NCBI GenBank assembly: GCA_903862375.1
Contig: CAIOXR010000054.1
Span: 1 to 33,466 of the forward strand
Length of the DNA stretch: 33,466 nt
Origin: an uncultured bacterium
Lineage (GTDB): Bacteria; Patescibacteriota; Minisyncoccia; Phycocordibacterales; UBA9973
Direction of reading: 5' to 3'
Shown here one piece after another: positions 30,417-33,466 of this stretch. A program made the translations under genes and the position numbers. The notes beneath the pieces were generated by a model that was not told the DNA's origin, made no database searches, and saw only the letters and a program-made list of their open reading frames with translations. Each line of letters begins with the position of its first letter. The stretch's first letter is position 1.

Positions 30417-30735
30417 CTTCAAAGACGTAATAGTTAAATATGATGAGCTAGATAAGCGTAAGAAACTTATATACGCTTATTATCTGACTACTAATCATAA
30501 ATATAATAAAGAGATAAACGATATAATTATAGACTTCTGATATACTAGGAACAGACTGGTAAGGAACTATCCTACCTTAAACCGACGAGATGAGTTTGAA
30601 TATGAACGACTAGGTATATATGTGGAAAACAAACACCTAGAGGAATTGAAAGCAGAAATAAATAGACGAGATAAAATCAGAGAATGACATAATGCTTTTA
30701 TTTCTTGAACGCTATTAAATAATGAAGAAAACTAA
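30385..30735 (+). CDS. hypothetical protein
   Basis: 116 aa, MRKNTKNQSFNFKDVIVKYDELDKRKKLIYAYYLTTNHKYN... Overlaps the helicase 3' end by 32 nt. Frame verified. Confidence 0.6.
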
Positions 30736-31147
30736 GAAACCAAAAAAACCTAGCAGAAGTAAATTAGTCAGAAAATTAGACTCTATATTCAGTCAGTACA
30801 TCAGATTAAAGTATTCTGACAGTAAATGAAATTGTACTTGCTATACCTGCTGACAGAAAGCTCATTGGAAAGAGATGCAAAACTGACATTTCTTATCAAG
30901 GTCTAATTATAAATATCGTTGGTCTGAGGATAATTGTAGAGTTCAAGACTACCGTTGCAACGTAATTTATAAATGAAATTACAAAATATATACCATTAAA
31001 ATGATAGAAGAATACGGAAAAGAGAATATAGAATATATAATAAACGATAAAAGTCTAATAAAAATAAAGACATACGAAATAGAAGAAATGATAGTTAAGT
31101 ACACAGAACTTGTAAAAAAATTAGAAACTAAATTACAGAAATCATAA
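30722..31147 (+). CDS. ninG: NinG-like (lambda NinG/Rap family) protein
   Basis: 141 aa. ...LDSIFSQYIRLKYSDSKGNCTCYTCGQKAHWKEMQNGHFLSRSNYKYRWSEDNCRVQDYRCNVIYKGNY... The Gly of GHF and of GN are TGA. Frame verified. Confidence 0.8.
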
Positions 31148-31215
31148 AAATCTCTTGATTTATTAATTGAATTGATTATACGTACAGTATCGGTTTTATA
31201 TCTTTATTAAAGAAT

Positions 31216-31479
31216 ATGTTGGAGATAACAGATAAGTTCAAAGCATTCCTCAAGTGATATGGAGTGAAATCTATGAAAGAATATTATGGACTAACACAGA
31301 AAGAGAAATCTAATCTAGCGAAAGAATATCTTAGAGTGATAAACAAGAGGGTATATCCTATGTGAGAAAATGGAGTAGGTAAGATATTACAATCTATTGT
31401 TGATGAAATGCCTACGTATTGAGACCCTGATAATGATTATGATAGAGAAAGAGATAATTCAATATGATATGATTTTTAA
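31216..31479 (+). CDS. hypothetical protein
   Basis: 87 aa, MLEITDKFKAFLKGYGVKSMKEYYGLTQKEKSNLAKEYLR... Motif at 31193-31210. Confidence 0.6.
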
Positions 31480-31482
31480 TTG

Positions 31483-31707
31483 ATGACTAACAAGAAACAG
31501 ATGAGAAATAATCGAAATGATAGAGATGAACAATATAAAGTAATGAATAGTGATATGTCTGATGATGAAAAATTAACACTTTTGAAAAGAATGTATAATG
31601 CTGTATGATTATATCGAAAAGTATTTGAATTTTATGAGAAATTAATGGAAATGAAGAAATATTCATCTCATAGTAAAAAAGAAGTGTTAAAATCGTGAGT
31701 GGATTAG
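31483..31707 (+). CDS. hypothetical protein
   Basis: 74 aa, MTNKKQMRNNRNDRDEQYKVMNSDMSDDEKLTLLKRMYNAVGLYRKVFEF... Confidence 0.55.
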
Positions 31708-31754
31708 AATATAGCCAATATTTCAATGTATTTTTACTCTTTAAATATTTTAAA

Positions 31755-32162
31755 ATGTATAAAACATCAAAAATTTCTACCATTCAATTTATCAAAGAAA
31801 GAACCAATCAATTTTGAACAACTTATTATTTTGATATTACATTTGAAAACGGAGACAGTTGAAGCATCTGAAAAAAAAGGATGGATGCGTTATCAGTAGG
31901 GATGACATTAAACTATAATCTTATTATGGAGAAATGATTTCCTCATATCAAAGAGGTATCAGATTATGATTTGAATAAATGAGGATTTGCTACTACACCA
32001 GTTAATCAATCTACACCTGTTTCAACACCTAGTAGAAGTAGCTCACAAAATGCTTCGTTTGCATTGAGCTATGCAAAAGATTTAGTCAATGGTAAATCTA
32101 TAGAGTTCAAAGATTTATTACCTACTGCTGATGTTTTATTGGAACGATTAAACAGTAAATAG
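31755..32162 (+). CDS. hypothetical protein
   Basis: 135 aa, MYKTSKISTIQFIKERTNQFGTTYYFDITFENGDSGSIGKKRMDALSVG... Motif at 31728-31746. Minus-strand track ORF 31487..31783 is antisense. Confidence 0.7.
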
Positions 32163-32212
32163 TTTTATAAACGATATATATTTCATATCGTAATAAGGAA
32201 GTTTATTCGGTC

Positions 32213-32228
32213 TTGAGATATATCTCAA
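32213..32228. promoter_or_regulatory. perfect 16-bp palindrome TTGAGATATATCTCAA (operator-like)
   Basis: Lies in the 244-nt gap between genes. The half-site TTGAGATAT recurs at 32394-32402, just before ATG 32407. Confidence 0.4.
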
Positions 32229-32406
32229 TCCCTCTTAAACATTTATTTACTTTTGTTTCCATCAAAATCAAGCTTATTGATAACCATCTATATCTTTATT
32301 TGGCTTATAAACCAATGTTAGAGAAAAAATACTACTTTACACAAATAAAAAATGATTTATACTTTTTATGGTCAGATATTAAAATTTTATTTTTTGAGAT
32401 ATTCCT

Positions 32407-32841
32407 ATGGAAAAACTGATTAAAGAAATAGAAGATTTAATAACCAATATCAATGCTGATGCTACACGTAAAAAGCTATCAGATTTATGTATCAAACTTA
32501 TCGAGCTTTCTCATCTCTATTGAGATGCTAAGATGTTTACTATCCGTAGTAAAGCGATGCTAGAGATGGCTATGGTAGAAAAGAAAGATGATATTAAAAC
32601 ACAATTTGAAAAAATACAAGACTGATTGGAGGAAATAAAAAAAGAAAATAAAACACGAAAGAGAGCTAAATTGACAGTTGATGAATTAGATACACAAGTT
32701 AGGTTGACTCAAGAGATAAAAGATTTTATGAACGCCAAACTCGCTAACGAAGAAATATCGGTAAGATTAGAACCATTATTAAAATCATATTACGAATTTA
32801 TAACAAATATAAGATTTTTAGATAATCAGAAACCGCTTTAA
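32407..32841 (+). CDS. coiled-coil protein
   Basis: 144 aa. ATG 32407, through two TGA, joins track ORF 32626..32841. TTTTAT lies 16 nt upstream. Confidence 0.75.
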
Positions 32842-32857
32842 TCATTAACCTAAGAAT

Positions 32858-33079
32858 ATGAATAATAAACTATTAAAGTTTTTAACTAATAACTGGAGAA
32901 GATTTAGTTCAACTCAACGACATGATATGACTGGATATTCTTGTGTATTATTAAAAAAAATGATTAGAGATAAAAATATAAGTAAGAAACAAGAAGAATT
33001 TATATGTACTAATCTTATTGAGTGGATAGATTCACTTCAAAGCGATATTATTGATATCTGTAATAAAAAAAATGGATAA
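32858..33079 (+). CDS. hypothetical protein
   Basis: Track ORF of 73 aa with a genuine TAA stop and no TGA. Confidence 0.7.
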   Translation: MNNKLLKFLTNNWRRFSSTQRHDMTGYSCVLLKKMIRDKNISKKQEEFICTNLIEWIDSLQSDIIDICNKKNG

Positions 33080-33281
33080 ACAAATGGATTTAGAGAGCTG
33101 AAATACGATAGTTATGACGTTTGATGAATATGTTGAATGGTTATGATATAAAAATATAAAAGAGCTATCATTATCATATCAACTAGAGATATCAGAAGAG
33201 TTCTTTTATATGAATAGATTTTTATTCACTAAATCAGATAATAATGCTTTTCTGAACAACTACCTTAAACACTATAACTAA
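33072..33281 (+). CDS. hypothetical protein
   Basis: 69 aa, MDKQMDLESGNTIVMTFDEYVEWLGYKNIKELSLSYQLEISEEFFYMNRF... Its ATG overlaps the upstream stop (ATGGATAA). Confidence 0.55.
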
Positions 33282-33333
33282 GACAAAGATAACTAACTGA
33301 ATATTATTCACGTTAAGGTCAGCTGATTGACGT

Positions 33334-33466
33334 ATGAGAAAACAATGAATATACCATAATGGGATATTTACTACTACTACAAGGAACGAACGTAATCTAT
33401 TTGAGAAATTTAATGGGTTCTGATTATCACTTGAGGTATTACACGAATTACAGAAAGATGATAAGA
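33334..33466 (+). CDS. partial CDS (5' end) running off the window
   Basis: MRKQGIYHNGIFTTTTRNERNLFEKFNGFGLSLEVLHELQKDDK..., open to the window edge. Confidence 0.5.

Noticed and set aside
29046-31783. Minus-strand track ORFs 29046..29405 and 31487..31783, and plus-strand ORFs 28379..28564 and 28977..29249
   Set aside because: They are antisense to, or out of frame with, verified plus-strand genes (replication initiator, 31483..31707, 31755..32162). The alternative frames carry recognisable domains or the start motif.
32315-32431. Small ORF MLEKKYYFTQIKNDLYFLWSDIKILFFEIFLWKNGLKK with a plausible upstream TTTAT box
   Set aside because: It is only 38 aa, overlaps the start of the better-supported 32407..32841 gene, and has an aromatic low-complexity composition. 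A real micro-peptide is possible but the evidence is insufficient.
141-33334. Joining the window ends as a circular genome so that the 3' partial ORF continues into the 5' partial ORF
   Set aside because: The frames do not match. The 33334 frame would continue as S-G-A-K-G-A-G-S-Q-S-Q-stop at position 35, while the zinc-ribbon-like reading uses frame 1. The junction is therefore unverified, and the two partial genes are reported separately.
1-33466. Code 4 (TGA = Trp, Mycoplasma/Spiroplasma-type phage) as the explanation for the fragmented ORFs
   Set aside because: TGA falls on invariant glycines of Walker A/P-loop, GDxxDG and GHF motifs and makes poly-Gly runs in the glycine-rich protein. 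Trp would abolish all of these motifs.

Overview
Low-GC (about 30%) window that looks like a near-complete genome of a small tailed dsDNA phage with a podovirus-like (T7-like) module order. The supplied standard-code ORF track is fragmented because TGA is a sense codon here. Reading TGA as glycine (translation table 25, the Absconditabacteria/SR1-Gracilibacteria code) restores about 50 tightly packed genes. I checked most of the large ones codon by codon for absence of TAA/TAG. Layout: (i) plus-strand early/replication genes run 27196->33466 and continue at 1->707 (wHTH replication initiator, DnaB-like ATPase, NinG-like protein, many small ORFs, and a small protein that may belong to the Acb2/Tad nucleotide-sponge family). 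(ii) One long minus-strand block runs 26308->981: small genes, TerS, TerL, portal, scaffold, major capsid, virion proteins, tail fibre, glycine-rich protein, adaptor/nozzle-like pair, two large internal-type proteins, a repeat-rich tail fibre, small membrane proteins, an HTH-metallophosphoesterase and a Cys-peptidase-like endolysin candidate. (iii) A 0.9 kb non-coding divergent control region (26309-27195) holds sigma70-like promoters, operator-like palindromes, a GC-rich island bounded by inverted repeats, and phased AT-rich iterons. Other points of interest: a tRNA-like RNA element (3979-4115), several GC-rich structured intergenic islands, a U-rich motif 13-17 nt upstream of nearly every start codon with no Shine-Dalgarno, and very uneven use of TGA(Gly) between genes. 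No rRNA, canonical tRNA, CRISPR array, integrase, DNA polymerase or RNA polymerase was recognised. Function calls rest on motifs I could read by eye and on recalled family knowledge; no database search was possible.
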